From an uncultured Bacilli bacterium (GTDB lineage: Bacteria; Bacillota_I; Bacilli_A; RF39; UBA660): 64,000 nt of DNA. Positions 37,254 through 46,851 of the stretch are shown here, piece by piece; position 1 is the stretch's first letter; every line of letters starts with the position of its first letter. Both the position numbers and the translations under genes were made by a program. The notes under the pieces are model-generated. The model did not search any database and was not told the DNA's origin. It saw nothing but the letters and a program-made list of their open reading frames with translations. The DNA lies in the NCBI GenBank assembly GCA_934095965.1, contig CAKOKR010000002.1:11287-75286 (forward strand), read 5' to 3'.

Positions 37254-38378
37254 TTACATACTCATGGTATAAGTTTTATTTGTTGAATCAAGTGTAATAA
37301 CAATTCCACTTACATAAGCTGTAGCCCCTCCAACAAATTTATATGTCGGATATAAATTACCACTTGTGATACTTGCTGCACTACTATAAGTAGTAATATT
37401 ATTTTTATCAATTATCTTACTTAATGTTGTACCACAATTTACAGCAACTTGATAAATATCAGTTCCTATAAAAGAAGTACACAAACTAGTTAAACTATTT
37501 GCAGTACCTTCTTCCACTCTCAAATTACCTTTATAAGTAATATTATTATATGTAATATCCATATTATAAGTTCCCGGATATACTCCAGTTAAAGTAAATG
37601 TACCATCACTGGTAGTTGTACTACTAAGTGAATTATTATGAAAACTTACTACTGCTCCACTTGCATTTGATGTACCACTTTTTACTGTGCCCTTTAAAGT
37701 ATAAGCCATCTTTGCGTTAACAACTTCAGCCACAACTTCAGTATTTAAATAAAAATATGTATAACTTGCCGCAGGTATAGCTTTATCACTTAACCACATT
37801 TTAACCTTATAAGTCTTCGTAGATGTGGATGAAGATGAACTACCGACTGTATTAAATAAAATTGAATATCTATTATATCTTGAATCACTTGTATTAATTG
37901 AATAAATTGGTAAATCTGCAACACTTATTGGTCCTGTTACTAAAGTATCTTCTTTACCCGCTCCATTATATTGATATACTGCAAGCATAACATAATCTAA
38001 AGGTGTTAATTGATCACTATCATTATAACCGCTTCTTCCAGTAAAGTTTTCCATATCATACCCGATAGTTAAATTAAATGTTGAATTAAGTGTTCCGGTA
38101 TTTTGAATATAAATTAAACTAGCTTCATCCTGAGCCATACCCATTGCATCACTCATCGAACTCATTCCATTTCTTAAAACAGATGATGTCGAAGCACCAT
38201 AAGAAACTGACAATGTACCAGTTGTTATACTTTGATTACTTGTATTAGTTTTAACACTAAAAAACGATGCATAACTAAATCCAATCGATGCCATTGTTAA
38301 ACAAAACACACAAAATCCAATAACAAAATTCTTATTTTTAATAAATTTATTAGCTTTTTCCCAATTTATCTTCTTCAT
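37254..38378 (-). CDS. Secreted TasA/M73-like protein with a C-terminal carboxypeptidase-regulatory-like beta-sandwich domain
   Basis: N-terminal anchor ...MASIGFSYASFFSV. ITTGTLSVS and IQNTGTLNSTFNL resemble the TasA/CalY core. C-terminal GTVKSG...DGTFTLTGVYPGTYNMDI. Confidence 0.6.
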   Translation of the reverse strand: MKKINWEKANKFIKNKNFVIGFCVFCLTMASIGFSYASFFSVKTNTSNQSITTGTLSVSYGASTSSVLRNGMSSMSDAMGMAQDEASLIYIQNTGTLNSTFNLTIGYDMENFTGRSGYNDSDQLTPLDYVMLAVYQYNGAGKEDTLVTGPISVADLPIYSINTSDSRYNRYSILFNTVGSSSSSTSTKTYKVKMWLSDKAIPAASYTYFYLNTEVVAEVVNAKMAYTLKGTVKSGTSNASGAVVSFHNNSLSSTTTSDGTFTLTGVYPGTYNMDITYNNITYKGNLRVEEGTANSLTSLCTSFIGTDIYQVAVNCGTTLSKIIDKNNITTYSSAASITSGNLYPTYKFVGGATAYVSGIVITLDSTNKTYTMSM

Positions 38379-38452
38379 TTAAATCTTCTCCTAGAATTAT
38401 TTTAACATGTATATTTTAAAAAGTAAATTATTTAATAAAAAAAAGACATTAA

Positions 38453-40255
38453 TTAACGTCCTTTTCTATATCTTTCTTTTGGATCTAAGTATTTTTTTCT
38501 TAATCTTATTTCCGTCGGAGTAATTTCTATATACTCATCATCTTCAATAAATTCTAATGCTTCTTCCAAAGTAAATTTCTTTGCTTTATTAAGTACAATA
38601 GCATCATCTGCATGAGCACTTCTAGTATTTGTAAGTTCTTTATTCTTACAAGGATTAACATCTAAGTCTCCTTCTTTATTAGCAATACCTACAATCATAC
38701 CAACATAAACATCTGTTGATGGGTCCACTATCATTGTACCTCTACTACTTAAGTTATATAATGAATAACCAAAAGTTGTACCATTAACCATAGATACCAA
38801 AACACCATTCTTACGTCCAACAATAGCTCCAGCATATGGACCATATGAATCGAATGAACGAACCATGATACCTTCACCCTTAGTTTCAGTAATAAATGAA
38901 CCACGATAACCAATTAAACCTCTAGTTGGAACTAAATATTCACATCTTGTATAACCTACTTCACCAGGTGTAACACTTTGCATAATACCTTTTCTTTCAT
39001 TTAAAGAATTAATTACAGTTCCAGAATATTCATTTGGTACATTAACAATAACTTTTTCATATGGTTCTTCACGTTTTCCATCCACTTCTTTAAAAATAAC
39101 TTCAGGTTTAGAAACAGATAATTCATAACCTTCTCTTCTCATATTTTCAAGTAATATAGATAAATGAAGTTCACCACGTCCACTAACTTTAAAACCATCT
39201 GCACCTTCTAATTGTTCAACTTTTAATCCCACATTAGTTTCAAGTTCTTTTTCTAATCTTTCTTTTAAATGTCTACTTGTTAAGAATTTACCACTTTGAC
39301 CTGCAAATGGTGAATTATTAACTAAGAAATTCATTGATAATGTTGGTTCTTCAATAATAATCTTAGGAAGAGGATCAATTACATCTTTTTCACAAATTGT
39401 ATCTCCGATAGATACATCACTACATCCTGCAACAGTTACAATATCACCATAGTACGCAGTATTAACTTCAACTCTTTTAATACCTTGGTTAACAAATAAC
39501 TTAGATACTCTAAACGATTCAACTCTTCCATCATTAGTTGCTAAAGATACAACTTCTCCAGACTTAATCTTACCTTTATTAATTCTACCAATACCAAGTC
39601 TTCCAATATAATCATCATATGCAAGTTGACATACTTGTAATTGAAGTGGATCAGTTTCATTACCTTCAAATACTTTAGTGTTATTTACAATAGTTTCAAA
39701 TAATGGAGTTAAATCCTTACCTTCATCACCCATATTATAAATAGCATAACCACTTCTAGCACTACCATAAAGAATTGGAAAATCTAATTGTTCATCAGTT
39801 GCACCTAATTCCATAAATAAATTAAATGTCATATCAACAACTTCTTCAGCTCTTTGGTCCTTCTTATCGATTTTATTAATAAAAAGAATCGGTCTTAAAT
39901 TATTTTGTAATGCTTCTTTTAAAACAAATCTAGTTTGAGGCATTGGTCCTTCCGCAGAATCAACTAAAAGTATAACAGTATCAACTGTTTTAATAACTCT
40001 TTCAATTTCACTAGAAAAATCAGCATGACCTGGTGTATCAACTATATTGATTTTATAATCTTTATACTTAATAGCACAGTTTTTAGCTGTTATAGTAATA
40101 CCTCTTTCTTTTTCAATATCACCACTATCCATTACACAATCTACTAATTCTTCATTTTCTCTGAAAACTCCACTTTGTCTAAGTAATCCATCAACTAATG
40201 TAGATTTTCCAGCATCTACGTGTGCAACAACAGCTATATTAATTATTTTATCCAT
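38453..40255 (-). CDS. typA: Translational GTPase TypA/BipA
   Basis: NIAVVAHVDAGKSTLVD, DTPGHADF, NKIDK; 600 aa. Confidence 0.95.
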   Translation of the reverse strand: MDKIINIAVVAHVDAGKSTLVDGLLRQSGVFRENEELVDCVMDSGDIEKERGITITAKNCAIKYKDYKINIVDTPGHADFSSEIERVIKTVDTVILLVDSAEGPMPQTRFVLKEALQNNLRPILFINKIDKKDQRAEEVVDMTFNLFMELGATDEQLDFPILYGSARSGYAIYNMGDEGKDLTPLFETIVNNTKVFEGNETDPLQLQVCQLAYDDYIGRLGIGRINKGKIKSGEVVSLATNDGRVESFRVSKLFVNQGIKRVEVNTAYYGDIVTVAGCSDVSIGDTICEKDVIDPLPKIIIEEPTLSMNFLVNNSPFAGQSGKFLTSRHLKERLEKELETNVGLKVEQLEGADGFKVSGRGELHLSILLENMRREGYELSVSKPEVIFKEVDGKREEPYEKVIVNVPNEYSGTVINSLNERKGIMQSVTPGEVGYTRCEYLVPTRGLIGYRGSFITETKGEGIMVRSFDSYGPYAGAIVGRKNGVLVSMVNGTTFGYSLYNLSSRGTMIVDPSTDVYVGMIVGIANKEGDLDVNPCKNKELTNTRSAHADDAIVLNKAKKFTLEEALEFIEDDEYIEITPTEIRLRKKYLDPKERYRKGR

Positions 40256-40309
40256 AAAACTTCACCCTTTTTTCGCATAAACACCACTAGATAATAATAC
40301 AAAACATAG

Positions 40310-40337
40310 AAAAAGTCAAGAGTTTTCTTGACTTTTT
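40310..40337 (-). terminator. Terminator after recA
   Basis: AAAAGTCAAGA-gttt-TCTTGACTTTT. Confidence 0.75.
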
Positions 40338-40378
40338 CTATTAGTTTCTCTATTGTGTAAAATAAAAAGAAACCAAGA

Positions 40379-41422
40379 TTACTTTTCTTGAGTTTTTCCT
40401 TGTCTTTCTTTCTTTTTATCAACAAAACCATAATGTTCTCTGATTTTTAATTCAATTTCATCACGTAATGCTGGATTTTCTTTCAAATAAATTTTAACAT
40501 TTTCTTTACCTTGCCCAATCTTTTGACCATTATATGAATACCAAGCACCACTTTTATCTACTATAGCTAAATCACTACCTATATCTAAAATTTCTCCTTC
40601 TCTAGATATACCTTCACCATACATAATATCAACACTTGCAGTTTTAAATGGAGGTGCTACTTTATTTTTAACTACTTTAATATTTGTTTTATTACCAACA
40701 ATTTGATCCCCCATTTTAATTTGTTCACCACGTCTTACATCAAGTCTAATAGTTGAATAAAACTTAAGAGCTCTTCCACCTGGTGTAGTTTCTGGATTAC
40801 CAAACATAACTCCAACTTTTTCTCTTAATTGATTAATGAATATTGCAGTTGTTTTTGTTTTATTCATTGTACCTGATAATTTTCTTAAAGCTTGTGACAT
40901 TAATCTTGCTTGAAGACCTACATGAGAATCTCCCATTTCTCCATCAATTTCTGCTTGAGGAACCAATGCTGCAACTGAATCAATAACTATAATATCAACA
41001 GCATCACTTTTAACTAAGGCATCACAAATTTCTAAAGCTTGTTCTCCTGTATCTGGTTGACTTAATAAAAGTTCATTAATATTAACACCTAGATTTCTAG
41101 CATAAACTGGATCAAGGGCATGTTCTGCATCAATAAATGCAGCTCTTCCACCATTTTTTTGTACTTCAGCAATAGCTTGCAAGGCAACAGTTGTCTTACC
41201 ACTGGATTCAGGTCCATAAATTTCAATAATTCTTCCCTTCGGATATCCTCCAACACCTAATGCAACATCAATAGTAATTGAACCACTTGATGTAACATCA
41301 ACATTCATGTGTTCATTATCCCCTAATTTCATTATTGCCCCTGCCCCAAATTGTTTTTCAATATCAGCAAGTACTTGTTCTAACGCCTTATCTTTATTCT
41401 TTTCATCTTTCGTAATTTTCAT
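40379..41422 (-). CDS. recA: Recombinase RecA
   Basis: GPESSGKTT Walker [10 protein letters not shown], and an overall RecA sequence. Confidence 0.97.
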   Translation of the reverse strand: MKITKDEKNKDKALEQVLADIEKQFGAGAIMKLGDNEHMNVDVTSSGSITIDVALGVGGYPKGRIIEIYGPESSGKTTVALQAIAEVQKNGGRAAFIDAEHALDPVYARNLGVNINELLLSQPDTGEQALEICDALVKSDAVDIIVIDSVAALVPQAEIDGEMGDSHVGLQARLMSQALRKLSGTMNKTKTTAIFINQLREKVGVMFGNPETTPGGRALKFYSTIRLDVRRGEQIKMGDQIVGNKTNIKVVKNKVAPPFKTASVDIMYGEGISREGEILDIGSDLAIVDKSGAWYSYNGQKIGQGKENVKIYLKENPALRDEIELKIREHYGFVDKKKERQGKTQEK

Positions 41423-41491
41423 TTTTCCTCCTAATTCCCTGATACATTCTAATTGTACCCCAAATTCAGAAAAAAGTCAACACAAAATTTC

Positions 41492-41504
41492 AAATACTTG
41501 TTCG
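41492..41504 (-). promoter_or_regulatory. Possible LexA (Cheo-like) box upstream of recA
   Basis: Minus strand CGAACAAGTATTT versus the GAAC-N4-GTTC/GTTT consensus, with one or two mismatches in the second half-site. Confidence 0.3.
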
Positions 41505-41509
41505 ACGAA

Positions 41510-41860
41510 CTAATTTTTTGGTTTGAAAAATAAGGAAACAAGAAATGAAGCAACAATTGCCCCAGTTATAACACCAGATGACTTAGTTAACATATTTGTA
41601 AAAATACCCAAAAAACCGGAATCTTTAAACCCTTCCCATGCTGCAGAATATAAACTATTACCAAAATTAGAGATTAATACTGTTGCACCAGCTCCAAACT
41701 TAGAAATTAAATTATCATACACTCCTAAAAAAGCAAGTATAGCACCCATAACAGTATAAAGACTTGTAATATGTCCTGGTGTTAATTTTGAATTATCCAA
41801 AATAACTTCAGCAATTCCACACAAAAGCCCAGCAAACAAAAATGCATTAATATAATTCAT
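41510..41860 (-). CDS. spoVAE: Stage V sporulation protein AE (SpoVAEB-type)
   Basis: 116-aa polytopic membrane protein immediately after spoVAD, the conserved spoVAC-D-E order. Confidence 0.8.
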   Translation of the reverse strand: MNYINAFLFAGLLCGIAEVILDNSKLTPGHITSLYTVMGAILAFLGVYDNLISKFGAGATVLISNFGNSLYSAAWEGFKDSGFLGIFTNMLTKSSGVITGAIVASFLVSLFFKPKN

Positions 41861-42834
41861 TATAAAACCTCCAAACTTATTGCATGAGCAATACCAGGTA
41901 TAGTTCCATTTTGATTAACCATCGTCGGACTATGTAAAGCTCCAGTTGCAACAATTAATATTTTCTTATATTTTTTACTTAACAAAATTTTATTAAACAA
42001 AACAATTGGCAAACAAGCTGGACCACTACCACCAGAATAAGTATCTTGACTATCTAAATATAACTCACAACCAGCATCTAAACATTTTTTTAATTTAATA
42101 TTATATACTTCTAATAAATAATCTTCCAAAATACTTTTACCAACACAGCCTAAATCTCCAGTTAAAACTAAATCATAATAATTATAATCTCTTTTTAATT
42201 CATTAAAATGGCTTGCAATTGTTGATGCTGCTGCCGGTGCCATTGCAGCTCCCAAATTATTAGCATCTTTAATACCCAAATCAACAACTACTCCAATAGT
42301 TGCACTTTCTACTTTTATCTTTCCAATCTTTTTTGATAACAATGTAGCAACAGCACCAGTACTTGTAAATGTCGCAGTATTAGGTCTAGGTGCTCCATAT
42401 TCAACCGGATATCTAAATTGTCTTTCAGCAGTTAAATTATGAGAACTAACAACACCTACAACTTTTTTTAAAATTTTACTATCTACAAATGTTGATGAAA
42501 CAATTAAACCTTGGACAAAACCTGCACAAGCAGAATAAAGCCCTAAAAAAGGTATATTATAATCTTTAACAGCATAATTACTAATAGCAATTTGATTTGT
42601 TAAATCACTTCCAACAATTAAATCAATATCACTTATATTTAAATTATTATCCTTACTTATTTTATCAATAACACACTTTTGCATCTTAACTTCAGCCATT
42701 TCAAAAGTTTTTTCACCAAAATAATAATCATCCATAACTATATCAGCTTTTTTCAAATGACTTTCTTTTTCCATCGGACCAATTATAGTTTTATAATCAT
42801 TTAAATAAACTTCCTTAAATTTTATACTAGCCAC
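41860..42834 (-). CDS. spoVAD: Stage V sporulation protein AD (thiolase-fold)
   Basis: Beta-ketoacyl-synthase-like fold (YSACAGF). Size and position match SpoVAD. Confidence 0.85.
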   Translation of the reverse strand: MASIKFKEVYLNDYKTIIGPMEKESHLKKADIVMDDYYFGEKTFEMAEVKMQKCVIDKISKDNNLNISDIDLIVGSDLTNQIAISNYAVKDYNIPFLGLYSACAGFVQGLIVSSTFVDSKILKKVVGVVSSHNLTAERQFRYPVEYGAPRPNTATFTSTGAVATLLSKKIGKIKVESATIGVVVDLGIKDANNLGAAMAPAAASTIASHFNELKRDYNYYDLVLTGDLGCVGKSILEDYLLEVYNIKLKKCLDAGCELYLDSQDTYSGGSGPACLPIVLFNKILLSKKYKKILIVATGALHSPTMVNQNGTIPGIAHAISLEVL

Positions 42835-43264
42835 TGATAACCACCCTCACAATCACCAACAAAAAAGCACTAATAATTCCATACAAAATAACAGAACCTG
42901 CAAGTTTAAAAAAATTTGCTCCAAGCCCCGTAACTAACCCATCTTTTTTATAATCAAGTGCACTTGATGCAACACTATGAGCAAACCCACTTGTTGGAAT
43001 AATTAAACCACACCTAACTTTACTAACCCAATTATCAAAAAATCCAAGTCCTGTAAATATTGCTGAAGCTAAAATAATAATTAAACTAACCCAAAGACCT
43101 GCATCAGTGCCATTCATTCCAAAACTTACCTTTAAAAACTCAACTAATATTTCAGCTATTAATCCAATACAACCGCCAACAAAAAAAGCAACTCCAATTT
43201 TTTTAAGTCTATTTTCCTTCGGAGAATGCTTCTTAACTAAATTCTTATATTCTTCCATTTCCAT
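42827..43264 (-). CDS. spoVAC: Stage V sporulation protein AC
   Basis: Four-TM protein preceding spoVAD. ATG at 43264 is preceded by GGTGA. Confidence 0.8.
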   Translation of the reverse strand: MEMEEYKNLVKKHSPKENRLKKIGVAFFVGGCIGLIAEILVEFLKVSFGMNGTDAGLWVSLIIILASAIFTGLGFFDNWVSKVRCGLIIPTSGFAHSVASSALDYKKDGLVTGLGANFFKLAGSVILYGIISAFLLVIVRVVISG

Positions 43265-43298
43265 TATATTCACCATTAATATTATGGAACAAATTATT

Positions 43299-43940
43299 TT
43301 ACATATACATATACTGTCTTAATTTTTTTAAACTTTTTTGTTCATATCTAGAAACCATTACTTGAGTAATTCCCAAACTTTTAGCAGTTTCACTCTGAGT
43401 TAAATCTAAAAAATATCTATTTTTAATTATTTGTTGTTCAATCTCATCTAATGTATTAATTCCATCATTAATCATAATCTTATCATCTAAACTAATATCT
43501 TCATCCATTTTTATTACTTCATGCAAGCTACGTTCATTATCTTTTTCTTCATCAATTCTAATAAAACTTTTAGCATATTGCATTATTTGTTCCAACTTTT
43601 CCAAAGGCATTTCTAAATAATCAGCTAACTCTTTATTAGTTGGTTCACGAAGTATTTCTTGACTTAATCTATTTTTACCAACTTCAATCATTTTAATTAA
43701 TCTATTTATATCTTTATTTAATTTAATTTCTTTATTATTACTTACTAAATACATTTCTCCAAATATATAATTATATGCATAAGTACTAAATTTAGTATTT
43801 CCATCATTTTTATAATTTTGATAAGCTTTAATAACACCTAAGATACCAGCTTGATACAAATCATTTTTATCAACACCATAAAACTGTTTTGATATTTTCC
43901 ATACTAATGGCACACATTCTTTAATTAATTCTTCAATCAT
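43299..43940 (-). CDS. sigF: Sporulation sigma factor SigF-like (group 3 sigma-70)
   Basis: Region 2 (KFSTYAYNYIFGEM) and region 4 (TQSETAKSLGITQVMVSRYEQKSLKKL). Preceded by a STAS gene and followed by spoVA genes. Short N-terminus. Confidence 0.75.
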   Translation of the reverse strand: MIEELIKECVPLVWKISKQFYGVDKNDLYQAGILGVIKAYQNYKNDGNTKFSTYAYNYIFGEMYLVSNNKEIKLNKDINRLIKMIEVGKNRLSQEILREPTNKELADYLEMPLEKLEQIMQYAKSFIRIDEEKDNERSLHEVIKMDEDISLDDKIMINDGINTLDEIEQQIIKNRYFLDLTQSETAKSLGITQVMVSRYEQKSLKKLRQYMYM

Positions 43941-44257
43941 TTTAAAGCCTCCATTTCTTTATCAATTCTAGGAATTTTTAAATATCTTCTTAATGCTTCA
44001 TTATAACCACTTGATCCACAAACTTTTATAATACCTTTATTTAACTTAACCATATACTTACTATTTAATATTGCATCAATTCCAGTATTATCTACACTTT
44101 CTAAATTCTCAAAATTATAAACCAAACACTTAATATTGTGTTTTTTAATAACAGGATTTAAATAATTATTAATCTTATAACTATTTTTTCTATTCAAGAT
44201 TCCTTTTAATCTTGCAAACAATATACCATTTTTATACTCCAGTTCCATTTTAAACAT
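43937..44257 (-). CDS. spoIIAA: STAS-domain anti-sigma-factor antagonist (SpoIIAA-like)
   Basis: 106-aa STAS pattern. LESVDNTGIDAIL aligns with SFMDSSGLGVIL of SpoIIAA. Stop overlaps the sigF start (ATGA). Confidence 0.75.
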   Translation of the reverse strand: MFKMELEYKNGILFARLKGILNRKNSYKINNYLNPVIKKHNIKCLVYNFENLESVDNTGIDAILNSKYMVKLNKGIIKVCGSSGYNEALRRYLKIPRIDKEMEALK

Positions 44258-44337
44258 ATAATCACCTTACAAATATAGTTTAGATAATTTTTAAAACATT
44301 TTAAACAAATTCGACAAAAATAGTCAAAACATCCATT

Positions 44338-44364
44338 TAAAAAAGTGTCAAATTTGACACTTTT
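44338..44364 (-). terminator. Terminator after the LCP gene
   Basis: AAAAGTGTCAAA/TTTGACACTTTT palindrome with a T-run on the minus strand. Confidence 0.7.
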
Positions 44365-45784
44365 ACTCCATCACTTCTTTTATTTTTACCTTAGCATTAT
44401 CAATTGTATCTTGAATTGGTTTCATTACATATAATTTATTTTTCTTATAACTATACACATAATCATAAGAATCAATTCCATTAACACTTATAGATTTTAT
44501 ATTCCAAGTACCCCCATCACTAATTTGCATCTTAATTAATTTAGTTATTTCATCATCACTTATATTAGTTATAAATTTACCATTAACAGCTTTTAAAATA
44601 CTTGTATAATTAGTTATAATTTTTGAACTAGTTCCCTTATTAATAATTGCTGTTAAAACAAGTTGTTGATTTTCTCCTCTTACTCTATCTCCTTCTTTAA
44701 AAGCTTTTCTCTCTCTTGCAAAACTTAAAGCCTCTTTACCATCTAAGTAATTTTCACCCCTTTTATAAGTATATCCATCAACACTTGTAAAACTATAATT
44801 TGAATTAACTACAATACCATCTAATGCATCAACTATATCAATTAAAGATGTAAAATTAACCTTTACATAATAATTAATTTTTGTATCAAGTAAATCTTCA
44901 ATAGTACTAATACTTTCATCAATTCCATAAATACCTGCATGAGTAAGTTTATCATATTCATTAAAACTATGTAATTTAACATAATAATCTCTAGGTATAT
45001 TTGTTAATAATATTTCTTTTTTTGAAGGATTAACAGTAACTAATATATTAACATCACTTCTTGATACTTTAGTTATATTACCATATGTATCTATACCAGA
45101 AATATATATATTATATGAATCTTTAAGTATATCTACATTAGATTTACTTTTCTTTATACTTAACTCAACCGTATCATCATAAATACTTTTTAATAAAATA
45201 TATTCATCATAATTTTCTTCTTTTAATATTTCAAGTTGGGCATCTTCCAATATAATCGCATCAATTTCATTATTAATTAAATCACTAACTAAACTATTTA
45301 CCTCATCATAAGTCTTACTTTTAAAATTTATTTTTTTCATCAACTTTTGAGCACTCTTATTTAAACCAACATATTTTTTCAACTCTAAATGACCAATAGT
45401 TTTATTTTCTAAATCATTTATTTTTTGATAACTACTACTATTTAAAACATAAACCCCATAATGTTCACTTTTATACTCATTAAAACCAAATTGTTTAAAA
45501 AAATCAAGAGTATTTAATTCATAATTTATACCTATTATCATTGTAACTATAAGAACTAAAGAAAATAAACCACCTATAACACTTCTAACTGGTCCATTAC
45601 TAAGTAATAATGAAATAACTATTAAATCAATAATAAAAGTAAGTATCGATAATACTATAAAATATTCAAAAGGAAGTACATTAATAAAATATACAAGCCC
45701 AAGTACAATCAAAGATATAATACTTAAAAATATAGCTAAATACTTTCTAAAACCATTTATTTTATTTTTTTCTCTTTTCTTCAT
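44363..45784 (-). CDS. LCP-family (LytR-CpsA-Psr) cell-wall polymer transferase
   Basis: N-terminal TMs. NILVTVNPSKKEILLTNIPRDYYV is the LCP signature. ATG at 45784 (the track start is a TTG). Confidence 0.8.
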   Translation of the reverse strand: MKKREKNKINGFRKYLAIFLSIISLIVLGLVYFINVLPFEYFIVLSILTFIIDLIVISLLLSNGPVRSVIGGLFSLVLIVTMIIGINYELNTLDFFKQFGFNEYKSEHYGVYVLNSSSYQKINDLENKTIGHLELKKYVGLNKSAQKLMKKINFKSKTYDEVNSLVSDLINNEIDAIILEDAQLEILKEENYDEYILLKSIYDDTVELSIKKSKSNVDILKDSYNIYISGIDTYGNITKVSRSDVNILVTVNPSKKEILLTNIPRDYYVKLHSFNEYDKLTHAGIYGIDESISTIEDLLDTKINYYVKVNFTSLIDIVDALDGIVVNSNYSFTSVDGYTYKRGENYLDGKEALSFARERKAFKEGDRVRGENQQLVLTAIINKGTSSKIITNYTSILKAVNGKFITNISDDEITKLIKMQISDGGTWNIKSISVNGIDSYDYVYSYKKNKLYVMKPIQDTIDNAKVKIKEVME

Positions 45785-45996
45785 AATACACCACAATTAA
45801 AGTATACTTTCATTTAATAAAAAAATCAAGTAATGTAACATGATTAATTATTTTTTTCAAAAATAAAACCCATATTAAAATGAGTTTTATTGGAATATTA
45901 CTCCTTAATATATTTTAGTAAAGAATACTAATCTTATATCAAGAATTTATAATCATGTACATAAGTAATACCCGTAGTACATACTACTATATTACC

Positions 45997-46851
45997 CTAC
46001 TTATTCAAATTTATAGTACCAGTTTTTTCTAATTCCACTTCTTCTTTTCTATAATTAAGTGCCATACCAATTGTAAAAGCATAAGCAAGAAGATAAATCC
46101 AAAACATTAAAATTACTAAGTTAGCTAGTCCACCATAAAATGTACTATAATGAGCTAAATTATTTATATAATATGAATAAATATATGTAATAATTATCCA
46201 TGATACAGAAGTAAATAATGCTCCATATCCAACACTTTTACTTCTTACCCTTTTATTCGGTGCCATTGTATATAATATTTTTATAAAAAAATACATAATT
46301 AACCAAGTAATTGGTCCTTGTAAAAAGTGCATAACTGTACCAACATTTTCAGTAATAGAGTTATTTAAATTAACAAATTCAAATAATTCAACAATCTTAT
46401 TACCAAATACTGGTACAATCAACATAAATATAAATAATAAAACTAGAAAAAAAGTCATTATAATAGCTTTTAATCTTCTTCGAAAGAATCCTTCTTGTTT
46501 TTCCCCATAAATAGTATTTGATGTAATAATAATTGATGCAGGTCCATTTGATGCAATAAAATACCCAACAACAATTACCATGAAAAATCCAAATCCACCT
46601 TTATTAGAATCTGTAGTATTAAGAAGCATATTAGCAATATCTGGTGAAAAAGCTCTACCAATAAAATCAAATATTACATCTGTTGATAAATTAAGAAGTG
46701 CTGCTTCATAACTTATTAAGGTAATTGTTGGAACTATTGCTAAAACAAAAAAGTAAGCAAGCTGACCTGGAAGTATTGCCATCTCAGGTCTTAACATTAC
46801 TTTAACAAAATTATCAAAGAACTCTTTTAACTTAAGCTTTACTTTCTTCAT
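45997..46851 (-). CDS. YihY/BrkB-family membrane protein
   Basis: Six-TM protein with a LPGQLAYFFVLAIVPTI-type N-terminal motif. Confidence 0.6.
   Translation of the reverse strand: MKKVKLKLKEFFDNFVKVMLRPEMAILPGQLAYFFVLAIVPTITLISYEAALLNLSTDVIFDFIGRAFSPDIANMLLNTTDSNKGGFGFFMVIVVGYFIASNGPASIIITSNTIYGEKQEGFFRRRLKAIIMTFFLVLLFIFMLIVPVFGNKIVELFEFVNLNNSITENVGTVMHFLQGPITWLIMYFFIKILYTMAPNKRVRSKSVGYGALFTSVSWIIITYIYSYYINNLAHYSTFYGGLANLVILMFWIYLLAYAFTIGMALNYRKEEVELEKTGTINLNK

Noticed and set aside
40243-40431. 62-aa minus-strand ORF between recA and typA.
   Set aside because: It spans the recA 3' end, the recA terminator hairpin and the typA start region. There is no independent coding signal.
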